A stretch of 64,000 nt of DNA from Pseudovirgaria hyperparasitica. Taxonomy: Eukaryota. The position numbers and the translations under genes were made by a program. The stretch lies in the NCBI GenBank assembly GCA_010093815.1, contig ML996572.1; one strand, 5' to 3'. Positions 1 to 14,141 of the stretch are shown here, piece by piece (positions within the stretch are counted from its first letter, which is position 1; each line of letters begins with the position of its first letter). The notes beneath the pieces are model-generated. The model searched no databases. It saw only the letters and a list, made by a program, of their open reading frames with translations, and was not told where the DNA came from.

Positions 1-2771
1 AATTATCGATAGATTTCATTATAGATCTACCCCTAAGTAAGTATTCTAGATATATTTATAATAGTTTACTTATAGTTCTAGATAGATTTATAAAGATATT
101 ATACTATATCCCTATAAGAAAGATAATCTAAGTACCGGATCTTATAGATATACTACTCCGTAACGTAGTTCGGCTCTATAGTATACTAAATAGTATAGTT
201 TTAGATAGAGGTCCGTAGATAACGTCTAAATTTTAGAAGGATTTCTACTATACGCTAGGAATTAAGCGGAAACTTAGTACTATATTCTATCTATAAATAG
301 ATAGATAGATAGAGCGGTAGAATTAGATAGTCGAGGTGTATTTACGTGTATATTATAACTATAAGTAGAATAACTAGGTAAGGTTAGTCTATATCATGGA
401 ATTCACGTATAATAATAGCTAATATACGTTAACCTATATAAGTCTATTCGAAGTAAACTTCGGTTAGAACTATAATATATAGTTCTTAGGGACTTAGTTT
501 AAAGTAGAACGACCTAACGTTAAAGTAATAGAAATTACTATAGAACTATTCTAAACGTAAAGAAGTATTATAAAGTTACTATAAGATACTATAGATTATA
601 GTAAATCGCACTATAATAAGGGTAGAAAACCTATAATCTTAAATATTAGGGATAAAGTTTTACTAAATAGTAAGAATATTCATAGTATTAGACTAAAGAA
701 GAAGCTTAACTATATAATAATAGATCTAAATAAGATTACTCGTGTAATTAATAACTAGGCGTACGAGTTATAACTCCCTCCTATATTAAAGATATATAAT
801 ATATTCTATATTACGCTTCTCGAGCTATTTCATACCTTATTATTACCGGATTATTCTAAATAGATACTATATAAAGTAGTTACGTAAGAAGGTATAGATA
901 TCTACGAAGTTAAGTAGATACTTAGCTAGTAACGTGCTAAAGATAGTACATAGCTATATAAAATTTATTAGAAAGGATATAATCCTAACGAAGATACTTA
1001 GAAACCTATAATAAATATTAGTAAAGTAGTAATATTAGTATAAAAGTAGTAATTAGTAAAGAAAGCNNNNNNNNNNATTAAGTCGGAGTAGAAGTAGAAG
1101 TACTAATTACCGTAATAGTTATATCTAATTCCTTCCGCTAGTTCTTATTTAGTATAGTATAGAGCTTTATAATATAAGTCTCTAGCCTTTTATTCCGACG
1201 CTATAAATTCTATATAGCGTGCCTTATAGCTATAAACTTCTCTATAGAAATCTACGGAGCGGCGGGACCCGGGATAGAGAGAGATAGACTAGCGCGGGTA
1301 CGCTAAGAATTATATAAATTAGCGAAAAGATTTAACGATCGGTATAGAACTATATACCTTTAGTATAGAAACTTCTAGATTAGAGCTATCTTCCCTAAAT
1401 TTACGGCTCTTTAGTACGCGTAAGAAAGGAACCTTAGCCTTTTTACTAGAACCTTTTCTAGGAATTTTAATATTACTAGTATATAGAAAGAAGTCCGAAG
1501 TAGTAGAGATTTTAGTACTATTATAGAGATTAATATATATTAGTAAGAATCTATAATAATTTAAGAAAAATAATATTACCTAGTAATCACGGTAATAATA
1601 GCTATAGTAGATTCTAATAAATCCTTATAAATCTTATTAGAATCGTACTCCTAGGCGTAACTCTTACCTTAGATATATAGCTTATAGAAAGTCTTCTCTA
1701 AGGCGTTATAATTAGTAGTACTATACTTCTTATTAGTAGAGGTTACTAGAGACCTAGTAGTAATCTATACTAATATAAGTAAATCTACGTAAAGTTCTTT
1801 AGACTTACTTAAATACCTATAAGTAATAACGCTTCTTAGTTATATAAGTACTATATATTATAGATTTAGTACTACTATAAGTAATATACGACGGAAAGTA
1901 ATAACTATAATAATATATAGCTAGATTATTAGAGCCCGGCCTAGGTTAGGGTAGATTAATAGCTTTCGATATATTAGTAACGTATATAAGATAGGGATTA
2001 TTCGAAGGCGCCTATTTCTATGCTAATTACTTTAGAGCGTTAAGATTTCGGGAAACTATATTATAATTATTACTAATTTATACGGATTATTATAAATTAT
2101 ATTATTACTAGCTAAGGATAGTACGAAAATTAGTAAATTATATAAATTATACTAAATTATAGTAAATCTATATAATTCTATATCTATAAGAATCGGGTAA
2201 TATATCTAATAATCTAAAAAACTCTATAAAGAGTTAAGAAGTTTTTTAAAGAAAGGAATATTTCTAAGAAAAGATTTTAATATAGGTAGTACCTAGGCTT
2301 ACCTAATTATATTACGTGATACGCTAGGCCTAATTAGATAATCTTATCTATATAAGAAGTTAGGATAGATAAAATCTAGTTTATTAGGAAAACGCTTATA
2401 TAAATCTTAGATTAGTAAATATTAGTAAGTATCTAAGACGAAGCGTAGAGAACGACTAAGGTCTTATAAGACTTAGGATAGAGATATAGAGATAGGTAAC
2501 GATCTAGGTTACTAAGGGTAGCTTTCTAGAGGGAAGGGATAATTATTAGAACTTAGCCTTAGATAGAACCCGACCTATATATACCTTAGCTAATAGAGTT
2601 AGAAGGTAACGTGAAGGGCGGTAAATAGTTACGTACTAGATAGATCGGCGTCCCTTTATATATATACTCTCGGATTCCTACCGAAAGGATTCGGAAGTAA
2701 TTCGTTCTATAATAGAATACACCCTATTGTTCTATCTAACTACACTACTATCTAATAACCCTATTCTTACA
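1..2771 (+). mobile_element. 3' half of a Ty3/Gypsy chromovirus LTR retrotransposon (family A, copy 1), RIP-inactivated: integrase, chromodomain, ~1.5-kb 3' region, PPT, 3' LTR
   Basis: 1-1066 is the reverse complement of 9142-10207, and 1598-2771 is the reverse complement of 7763-8936. Degenerate integrase (MDF..DLP, HP.TDG.TER-like) and chromodomain codons are visible. It ends in a PPT plus LTR. Confidence 0.9.
2544..2771 (+). repeat. 3' LTR of family A copy 1 (228 bp), preceded by polypurine tract AGAGGGAAGGGA at 2528-2539
   Basis: Begins TATTAG (RIP of TG...) and ends ...TTCTTACA. Matches the reverse complements of 7763-7990 and 14142-14369. Confidence 0.92.
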
Positions 2772-5700
2772 CTCTACTTATAAGTAGCTACGGAAGTACT
2801 TTAGGACGAAGTACCTTAGAAGGGGTATTATATAATAAATTACTAGCTAGAGCCATAGAAAGATACGTAGACTCTAGCACGAGTAGCGTAAGAGATAGTA
2901 TAATATATAGAAGAGGGGCCTATAATATAATAGATAGCCTTAGATAATAATCTAAGGCTAAGGTAGATACCTATAGAGGGAGCCAATTATAGGTACTTAG
3001 AATAGATATTCTAAGTAACCTACCTAGTAATTAGAAATAGAATATTAGTATTCTAAGTAACACACTAAACGCTTAGAATAAGTATTCTAATTAGAGGACC
3101 TTAGTAGAACTATATAGACCCTTTAGACCCGACCTCTAGAGATAGTTCTATAGTAATTAATTTAAACTTATACTAATATAATTACTACTTCACTCGCCTA
3201 CTAGCTAGTTACTATTTATACTCTATTAATACTTACTATAAACCTACTTATACCTCTCGAAGCCTTCTAAGTACCTTTATCTTTAGGAAAGCTAGAATAC
3301 TCTATAGAACGGACTACTTTAGGGATAAGCCGTACCCTTATTAAGGAAGGTTTATTATAGTATAAACCTAGCTAATAGAATATTAAGAAGACCTAACTAT
3401 AAAGAAGGCGCCTAGGATTATAGTAGCTATAGGGTCCTAGAGTAGCTATAGGCCTAACTCTTAAGGACGAGGTTAGATTTTAAGTTATTAGGCAATTAGC
3501 GAGATACTAATATTAATACTAGTAATTAAATCTCTAAGACTAAAGCCGGTAACTAAAGACACGGTACTAAAGTCTCTAGTAGACCGTTTATTAGCGCTAT
3601 TAGGAAGGGTAATAATACCTAGTATAAATATCTAATTAACCTTACCTAGTTAATCATGGATCTATAGAAGATAGACCTAATAGTTTTAAAGTTATATAAA
3701 ATATAGTAAGATAGATTATTACGGACTAAAGTAGACTATAAGTAGACCTTTATAGATGGCTTACTTTACTATAATAGAAAGTACTATATACTAATAGATA
3801 ATACGCGATTTAACGTAGTTAGCTAATACTATAATACTAACCTAGTAGAATACTTTAGGTATATACGTACCCTAAGCTTAATTCGTTAATACTATTTTTA
3901 GAAAGATATATCTAAGTATATTAAAGAATAGATAGCTACTTATCTAATTTATTAAAGAACGAAGGCCTCTAGGTATAAGCTATATAGGAATTTATAGCCT
4001 CTTTTAGTCCCCCTCTTTATATAGAAAGATATTACTATAGACTTTATAGTTAACTTATCTCTAAGCGAGATACTTAGAATAAGTTATAATTCTATTCTTA
4101 TTATTATAGATAGACTTATAAAGATATCTAGATATATTCTAGTATAGAAGATAATTATATCTAAAGAACTAGTATAGGTGTTCTAGAACGAGATTATTAA
4201 GGTCTATAGTATACTAAAAAGAATCGTTATAGACCGAGGAAGTATCTTCACGTCTAAATTCTAGACGTTATTCTATAAAATAGTAAGTATAAATAGAAAT
4301 ATATCTATAGTATTTTATCCTTAGACGGATAGCTAGATAGAGCGATAGAACTAGACGCTTAAGGCCTACCTACGTATATTCTATAGTTTCGAGTAGAATA
4401 ACTAGGCCTCTCTACTAAGTATAGTAGAGTTTATATATAATAATAGTTATTATAGTATAATAGATATTATACCTTTCTAGGTAAACCTTGGACATAGTCT
4501 AAGAATAGGTTTTAAGCCTTATATAGTCTAATTTAATTAAATAATAGACGTGAACGTCCACGCTTAGAAATTAGTAATTAAAATCTTTAAAACTATACGT
4601 AACTATTATACTATAATCTAATAAGTAAATGACTTATACACGAAGTACTATAATAGATTAGCTAAGAATTAAACGTATAAGGAGGGCGATAAGATCCTTC
4701 TTAATATCTATAATATATAAATATTACGAGTAAATAAGAAGCTTAATTATAAAATGGCTAGTCCCTTCTAAATTAAACGTTATATTAGTATAAGAGTCTA
4801 TAAGCTTAACTTAGAAAGTAATATAAGAATCTATAATATATTCTATATCTTACTACTTAAAAGATTTTAACCTAACGTATACGACCGTATAAACGTATAG
4901 TTATACTCTATTATATTCTAAGATAGACTAGACGTATTTAAAGTAGACTATATTATCGAACATAGAATTAATAAGAAGGGTATTTAGAAATATAGAATCT
5001 ATTAGAAGGACTATACTAAGGACGAGGACACCTAGAAACTAGCGGTATATATCTTAAGTTCTATAATAGCTACGTATAAGTAAAAGATATAGAATAGTAT
5101 ATTATTAATATAAGTATAGTAATATTATAGTTATTATAAAAAGAAGAAGGATACTATAGAGAACGAAGTACTAAATTAGGAAATCTAGACGCGCACTAGG
5201 AAAACTCTATAAGGCAGCCCTATAATTTAAGTATTATATAGTTACTAGACGCGAAGAAAGTATAAATAACCATTTTAGGAACGCGACGTAATATACTATA
5301 ATAGAATAATATAGAAGAGTCTAGAATAGACTAACATAGACTATTATACACGAGAAAAAAATAGAACTAAGAACCTAAAAAAGATACCCTACTATAGAAT
5401 TAAACTCTTAATATAAAATATAAAAGGTTAGAGTACCTAAACTAATAACTACTAGGCTACTAGTTTAGATACTCTAATAGAATTTATAGAGATAAACTAA
5501 TTTATATATAGTGCCTATACTTAGGTAACTTAAGGAAAATTAGAATATAGAAACCGATAGTTATAAGCTAAGCGAGCGCATATATAATATTATTAAGTTA
5601 AGAATTAAATTACTAGAAACTAGCTAACGGGTATCTAAATGGTCTAAAAAGAACTAAAACGGATAAAAGCTAGGTAAATAGAGCTAGCGCGCACCACCTA

Positions 5701-7762
5701 TAGTAGATCTAGAATATATAGAGCTAGGCATAGAGCTAATATATAGAGCTAGACCATAGAGCTAAACCTATAGTAGATCTAGAATATATAGAGCTAGGCA
5801 TAGAGCTAATATATAGAGCTAGACTATAGAGCTAAACCCATAGAGCTAGAACCATAGAGCTACTCCTCTATCTTATTATCTATTATAGACTCTAGTATAG
5901 TTCTCTCTAACTACACGATATAGCGGTGGAGGATAGCGACCTTAGCCTCTAGAGTAATAACCTAATCTATTAGAGCCTAGAGGGAAGAGTCTTAAGCGCC
6001 GGAGCGTAGCGACTAGGTCTAAAGTTAGCTAATATAATCTAGAATAATCTAGAAGGAAATATATACCCTCTTATAAGGCGACTTAGAGGGAGAAATAGTA
6101 GACCTCTTATAAGATCTATTAGTAGCGCGAGGTAGATAGAAGAGAATAGAGCGAATCCTCTCTATGGCCTCTATAGCTAGAATAGACTCTCTAGAATAGA
6201 TAGTCTAGGCGCTAGGGATCTCGCAGCGGCTAGAAATATTAATAGATGTTAAAAATAATTAACGTATTTATAACTTATACTCTAATAACCTCTAGAAAGA
6301 GCTTATAGCGCTCCCTAAACTCCCTCTATATAATAGATAGATAGCTATAAGGACCTCTAAGGGTCTTATAGACACGAAGATTATTATATATATATCTTAT
6401 ATACACACGGGAATCTAAGAATATATTAGTATAGATAACTTTAGATTATACTAGATTAAGATAGTCTATTATACTTATCTATAGATAAGTCTTACTAGTT
6501 ATAGTATAGCGGTAGTAGTAGATAGATAGAGTAAAGATAGGGCGTATAGACCCGTCGCGGTTAGTAGAGTAGTAGCTAATACTAGAGTTAGAGCGAAAGA
6601 GATATTTAGAGCTAGCCGTATAGCCCTTAATATACTTATAATATATTAAACCGTAGTTTACCGTTTTCCTATAGTATAAACTATAACTATATTTAGTATT
6701 CTTAGTAACCTAGGCCTTATTATTAGTAGACTAGGGTTTAGAGCGAATATTAAGGTTCTAAAAGAACCTAGAGTAACTAAATTAGTCTATATTAGACCGG
6801 AAGAGAGAGCGGTAAGACGGCGGCGTAAGCGAGGGCTTATAATTATTATCTATAATAAGATCTTTATTATTCTCTAGAGGAGATAGAGTAGATAGTATAT
6901 ACGTTAGAGTAAGAGAAGAATCTACGACTACTTTATCTATAAGTTTAGTACTAGGATTACCTAGATTAGAGTAACTAGTAACTATATTAGTAGTAGAAGT
7001 AGAACTAGCGAGAGTAGCCTTCGCTACTCTCTTCTCCGACTTAGAGTAAGCCTTTATACTACTATAATAAGTAGACTTCTTAGCTAGTATAGCCGGGGAG
7101 GAGATAACTCTCTTAGAGTAAGTTTTATAAGAGGAGATAGGCTTAGAGATAGGACTAGTATTAGATATCTATATATATATATTAGCTAGAGATCTAAGAA
7201 AGGAATATTTATCTACCCTTAACGGCGATTAATAAAGCTAAATTAGTAACTATAATAACGCGAATAGGTTATATAGGACTAGTTCTAATAAGAATAGACT
7301 ATAATAGACCCTTCTAAACCTAAACTAGAGAAGATAGTATATAAATTAATAACTTACCTTAAGAGTAAGGTAGATATACTAGAGAATAAAATTAAAGGTA
7401 AGCGAAGTTAAATATATACTCGACTAAAGTAGCGATTATATACCCTAGGTAGTAGCTATAAAGTAAGAGATAAGCGCGTATATAAACTAGTAAAAGTAAA
7501 CTAGAATCTCGAGTTCACCTATATTAAGAATAGTTATAATATTATAGAAACCTAGTTATAGATATATAGATATATAAGGGATTATAGAGACTTAGAATTA
7601 TATATACTTAAGTACTTTAGGGCAAAGTATAAAAAGAAGAAGGATATTATTAGAACGGGAACTATAATAGATCTATATAGACTATTCTAATCTATATAGC
7701 CACGTAGTAGCTAGAGCTAGGTTAAGTTAGCTAGGTTAAGCGAGGTTACTATATAAGTAGAC
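2772..7762 (+). mobile_element. Older, different Ty3/Gypsy element (family B) relic: integrase (~3740-4870), chromodomain (~4920-5090), long 3' region, probable PPT and 3' LTR start
   Basis: Reversing RIP changes by eye gives HH..GHFG..RT, C..C.RTKASRHKPYG.LQPL, W.DITMDFV..LP, HPQTDGQTERQNQTLE.YLR and a Y.I.WK.Y...EDTWE chromodomain. Purine tract AAAAAGAAGAAGGA at 7631-7644 is followed by TATTAGAACGGG at 7648. The sequence differs from family A. Confidence 0.8.
5701..5862 (+). repeat. Tandem repeat: 70-bp unit duplicated, built from ATAGAGCTA subunits
   Basis: 5701-5770 and 5771-5840 are nearly identical; further ATAGAGCTA units follow. Confidence 0.85.
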
Positions 7763-7990
7763 TATAAGAATAGGGTTATTAGATAGTAGTATAGTTAGAT
7801 AGAATAATAGGGTGTATTCTATTATAGAACGAATTACTACCGAACCCTTTTAGTAGGAATCCGAGAGTATATATATAAAGGGACGCCAATCTATCTAGCA
7901 CGTAACTATTTACCGCCCTTTACGTCACCTCCTAACCCTATTAGCTAAGGTATATATAGATTAGGTTCTACCTAAGGCTAAGTCCTAATA
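7763..7990 (-). repeat. 3' LTR of family A copy 2 (228 bp)
   Basis: Direct repeat of 14142-14369. The adjacent TCCCTTCCCTCT is the PPT on the minus strand. Confidence 0.95.
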
Positions 7991-10900
7991 ATTATCCCTT
8001 CCCTCTAGAAAGCTACCCTTAGTAACCTAGATTATTACCTATCTCTATATCCCTATCCTAAGTCTCGTAAGACCTTAGTCGTTCTCTACGCTTCGTCTTA
8101 GATACTTACCGATATTTACTAATCTAAGATTTATATAAGCGTTTTCCTAATAAACTAGATTTTATCTATCTTAACTTCTTATATAGGTGAGATTACCTAA
8201 TTAGGCCTAGTGTATCGCGTAATATAATTAGGTAAGCCCGGGTACTACCTATATTAAAATCTTTTCTTAGAAATATTCCTTTCTTTAAAAAACTTCTTAA
8301 CTCTTTATAGAGTTTTTTAGATTATTAGGTATATCACCCGATCCTTATAGATATAGATTTATATAGATTTACTATAATTTAGTACGATTTACATAATTTA
8401 CTAATTTTTATACCGTTCTTAGCTAGTAATAATATAATTCATAATAATCCGTATAAATTAATAATAATTATAATATAGTTTCCCGAAATCTCGATGCTCT
8501 AAAGTAATTAGCGCGGAAATAGGCGCCTTTAAATAATCCCTATCTTATATACGTTACCGATATGTCGAAAGCTATTAATCTACCCTAACCTAGGCCGGGC
8601 TCTAATAATCTAGCTATATATTATTATGGTTATCGCTTTCCGTTATATATTACTTACGGTAGTACTAAATCTATAATATACGGTACTTATATAACTAAGA
8701 AGCGTTATTACTTATAGATATTTAAGTAAGTTCGAAGAACTTTACGTAGATTTACTTATATTAGTATAGATTACTACTAGGCCTCTAGTAACCCCTACTA
8801 ATAAGGAGCGTAGTACTACTAATCGTAACGCCTTAGAGAAGGCTTTCTATAAGCTATATATCTAAGGTAAGAGTTACGTCTAGGAGTATGATTCTAATAA
8901 GATCCGTAAGGATTTATTAGAATCTACTATAGCTATNNNNNNNNNNNNNNNNNNNNNNNNNNNNNNNNNNNNNNNNNNNNNNNNNNNNNNNNNNNNNNNN
9001 NNNNNNNNNNNNNNNNNNNNNNNNNNNNNNNNNNNNNNNNNNNNNNNNNNNNNNNNNNNNNNNNNNNNNNNNNNNNNNNNNNNNNNNNNNNNNNNNNNNN
9101 NNNNNNNNNNNNNNNNNNNNNNNNNNNNNNNNNNNNNNNNNGCTTTCTTTACTAATTACTACTTTTATACTAATATTACTACTTTACTAATATTTATTAT
9201 AGGTTTCTAAGTATCTTCGTTAGGATTATATCCTTTCTAATAAATTTTATATAGCTATGTACTATCTTTAGCACGTTACTAGCTAAGTATCTACTTAACT
9301 TCGTAGATATCTATACCTTCTTACGTAACTACTTTATATAGTATCTATTTAGAATAATCCGGTAATAATAAGGTATGAAATAGCTCGAGAAGCGTAATAT
9401 AGAATATATTATATATCTTTAATATAGGAGGGAGTTATAACTCGTACGCCTAGTTATTAATTACACGAGTAATCTTATTTAGATCTATTATTATATAGTT
9501 AAGCTTCTTCTTTAGTCTAATACTATGAATATTCTTACTATTTAGTAAAACTTTATCCCTAATATTTAAGATTATAGGTTTTCTACCCTTATTATAGTGC
9601 GATTTACTATAATCTATAGTATCTTATAGTAACTTTATAATACTTCTTTACGTTTAGAATAGTTCTATAGTAATTTCTATTACTTTAACGTTAGGTCGTT
9701 CTACTTTAAACTAAGTCCCTAAGAACTATATATTATAGTTCTAACCGAAGTTTACTTTAAACGGACTCACGTAGGTTAACGTATATTAGCTATTATTATA
9801 TACGAATTCCGCGATATAGACTAACCTTACCTAGTTATTCTACTTATAGTTATAATATACGCGTAAATACGCCTCGACTATCTAATTCTACCGCTCCGTC
9901 TACCTATCTATTTATAGATAGAATATAGTACTAAGTTTCCGCTTAATTCCTAGCGTATAGTAGAAATCCTTCTAAAATTTAGACGTTATCTATAGACCTC
10001 TATCCGAAACTATACTATTTAGTATACTATAGAGCCGGACTACGTCACGGAGTAGTATATCTATAAGATCCGGTACTTAGATCGTCTTCCTTATAGGGAT
10101 ATAGTATAATATCTTTATAAATCTATCTAGAACTACGAGTAAACTATTATAAATATATCTAGAATACTTACTTAGGGGTAGATCTATAATAAAATCCATT
10201 AATAATTTCTTCCATGCCTCCTTTAGCATAGGTAATAGCCTTAATTTACTATATAGTAAGTGTCTATATACTTTCGTATACTAGTAAACGTTACACGTTT
10301 TTATATAGTCTTTTATATATTTATAAAGACCCGGCTAGTCGTATGTCCTTCGGATTAAATCGACCGTCCTTATAATACTAAAGTACTCTACTAACGCGTA
10401 ATCGTGCTATTCCCTTAAAATATTAATTTATAAGCCGCCTTCTAGCACGTAGAGTCGGCCTTAGAAGTAGATCGCGTCCGATTATCGTTTCTATCTTAAT
10501 AACTATAGCGGATCTATAGCGCTTCCTTTTATACTTATAACTTTCTTTACTAATGTATCGGAATTCTAGGTAGATTTAATTAAGTCTTTAAGGGTTTTCT
10601 TAGTTTCTTAGACGTTTATTTAGATTACTTAATACCCGCTCTAATTCCTGCGGAGAATCGCCGAAAGTATCCTAGCTTCTAGTATTCTATTAGATAACTA
10701 GTCTTATAGTATCTAAAGTATAGTATAGTCTAACTTATACTAACTATCTACGTTATTCTATAACGATTTCTTATAATCTTTACGCCGCGATAGAGGATTA
10801 GCTTTATTCTCTCTTCTAGCTTTATATAAGATTTTAAAGTTAAATATTAATATCCACTTAGCCTAACGTACTTATTAGCGATTAAGGACCTTAGTTAATA

Positions 10901-13900
10901 TAAAGTAATATAGATTTATATAATCCGATAATAATTCGATCTAATATACGGAGTCTTCTAAATAATATTACTATTACTTAAAACTCTTAATAATTACGAG
11001 TAGTTCCTAGTTATATATATTATAACGCGTCTCTATATCCGCCATTTTATAGGAAAAGAAAGTAACCGGGTACTATTATACCTTATCTTTTATATCTTTA
11101 TATGGTTAACTAATAATTCTAGTAATTATAAATTCTAACGCGTTAGTTTTAATCCGAATATACTTCTCGAGATTAAAATACCTAAGAATCGGCGTAGTTA
11201 TAAAGTAATTCTTTAACGATCGGAACATATCTTATACTTCTAGCGTTAACTATATCTCGACCGATTTAGCTTTACGCTATGCTCGCCTACCTATAGAGAT
11301 TTTACCGCCATTCTCTATAAGTTTATTAAGCGGCGCCGTAATTCGTAAGAAGCCTATAATAAATTTATAATAATAGTTTACGAAACCTATAAATATTCTA
11401 ATTTAACGTATAGTAGTAGGTTCTAGCTATTCTATAATAGTCTTTATACGCTCCGGCTCCATTTTTAGGCCGCTATATATTATAATAAAGCCGAGAAACC
11501 TAACTTCTTATTAGTAAAACTTATATTTAGATAATTTTATGTAGAGTTTTTACTACCTTAGATAATTTAGTACCGATTTCACGTGTTCTTTATAATTCTA
11601 TATACTATTAGAGTAAATTAGTATATTATTAAGATAAACTACGTAAATCACGTTAAGTAATTCTACGAGTATAGTATTAATATATTCTTAAAACGCTCCT
11701 AGCGCATTTATTAGCCTGAATAGTATAATAGTATACTTAAAATAACTATATCTAGTCCGAAATACGGTTTTCTACTTATCTCCGTAACGAATTTAAAGCC
11801 GGTAATATATATCTCGTAAATCTAGCTTTATAAAGTACTTTACCTTTATTAATTAGTCTTAAGATTTACTAACTAGTGGTAATAGGTAACGATTCTTCTT
11901 AGTTACTATATTTAGTACCTAATAGTCGACGTATAGATATAAACTTCTATCTTTCTTCTTTACGAAGAGAATAGATGCGCCGGCCGATAACGTACTATAA
12001 CGTATCTAGCCTCTTTTAAGGTATTCTTTAATATATTTACGAAGAACTTTAAGTTCTAGTCTTAAAAGTAGATAAAGTAGGCTATAAGGGATATCTACTC
12101 CCTCTTCGAGCTCGATCTTTAGCTTATACGGCCCGTGATTAGGGAGAAGTAATGTATCTTCTACCGAAAATATATCTATATACTATGAATATACGTCGGG
12201 TAGCGTGTCTTCGCCCCGATTATTACTATCGTTCTTATCTTTATCGATAATTAATAAGAATATAAGATAGATTAGCGATAATCGGGTCCGCACGGCGAGG
12301 TTCTATACCTCCTTACTAATAGTTATAACTTACTAGTATAATTTACTATGGTATTATCGGAACATTAATATCTTCTTCTAAAAATTAAGGATAGGGTTTA
12401 GGCGTCTAAGCTAAGGCATCCCTAGAATTATATTCTATTAGCTAATATTAGCTATAATAAATTTATTAGATATCTACTATTTTATTATCTTTAAGTTATG
12501 AACTTTATAATTCGTTATAGCTTTACCTAAAGTTCTAACTTTATATCTATTAACTACGATAGTTCGGCTAACTTTACCGAGATCGTATAATAATCTATAC
12601 TTCTTTATAAGAATTAACGAAATATAGTTATCTTCTATACTAGTATCTATAAGGGCCTATATAGTTTTATTACTATTTACTATAGGTAATAATACTTTTA
12701 GTAATATTAGGTCTTTACTTACTAGAAGGCGCTACGGCTCCTTCTAAGTATATATAATTTAGCTAAGGACGTAGTTAGGTCTTATATACTAGTCTATTCT
12801 TTTTTCGGATTCTTATAGTTAGGCGAAATATATTCTATTTCTCTATACTTATAGTAATGAAGTGCGCTATAATCCTACTATTTTACGATAGGCGTTATAT
12901 TTAAGCCTATGCCTTATCCTTTTCCGTGTTAAGAAGTACCGCCTTAATTATTTTAGTATTCTCTTAACGCGTTTCTACCCTAATTTATACTCTTCTAGCG
13001 CTAATCGCGGTAAGGTTACTCTTAATTAAACGTATTTAATCGACCTCGTTTCTAACCCGTATAGGGTTCGTTGGTTTTACCTAGAGAGCCGCGTTCCTTA
13101 AGGATGCGGTAGTATTTATTAGCTTTCTCCTCTAATTTATATAGATAGTTAAAACTTAATAATACTATTCCTAGTCTTTCGCGGATTAACGGAAGTAGTA
13201 CTTCACAAAACTAGAATATACAAATATTTTCCTATAGCGTAGGGATATTATTCTATAGGTTTTAGAGGTATTATAGTAGTTAAGTAGGTGTCTAGTTCGG
13301 TCGTTATACTACGCTTCTTAACTTAGATAGTACCTTTCTTTTACGTTCTCTATCCGTTCCGAGGGTATTTAGTATAAATATAGCTAAATATTCCTAGGTT
13401 ATCGTAGATAGTAGCTATACTTCCTTCTATCTATCCTATTAATCGTGGGATTATAAGTCTAGGTATTATTCTCTAAATAAAATACGTTATACTTTAGTAG
13501 AAAAGAGTAGAGAGTTATTAAGAAAGTACTTTTCGTAGTCTCGCTTCTAGTCTTTCTACTCCTTTTAGTTCTTCCCTATAAATATAGTCAGGTCTTTAGA
13601 TTTTAGTATACCTAGAGAAGGAGTAGGGTAAATCGGTAATAAAGCGGCCGGGTATATGGTAGATTATTATAACTCTAATAGTAGGTGAACTAATTCCACC
13701 TAAATTAGTATAGGAAGTCGTCTACCTACTATCGTTTAGCGTAGTTCTTTAAGAGACTCCTTAAGTTCTTATCTCTTTATAAGGAGTTTCGCGCGTTCTA
13801 TCTATTCTTTAAGGGTTTAAATCTCTTAAGTCTAATTTACGATATATTCCTAAAGTTTGGCGATGGTTTATTATAATACCTTACATGGCTCCGCCACAAC

Positions 13901-14141
13901 TCATTATCCGGCTTTATATTATTAGAAGTTACTTAGCGTATCTACTATTTCTTTATCTAAAAGCTCCGTAATTCGGTCTAATATTTCTACTTCTCGGTTA
14001 GAAACGGTTAGAATTAATACTAATTATAGAGGATCCCTATTATTTAATATAGTATTACTTATCTCTATAGTAGATCGTGTCGACCTTCTCGGTTCTAGTT
14101 AGACTATCTTAACTATAGTACTATATAGAGAGTAATTCGAA

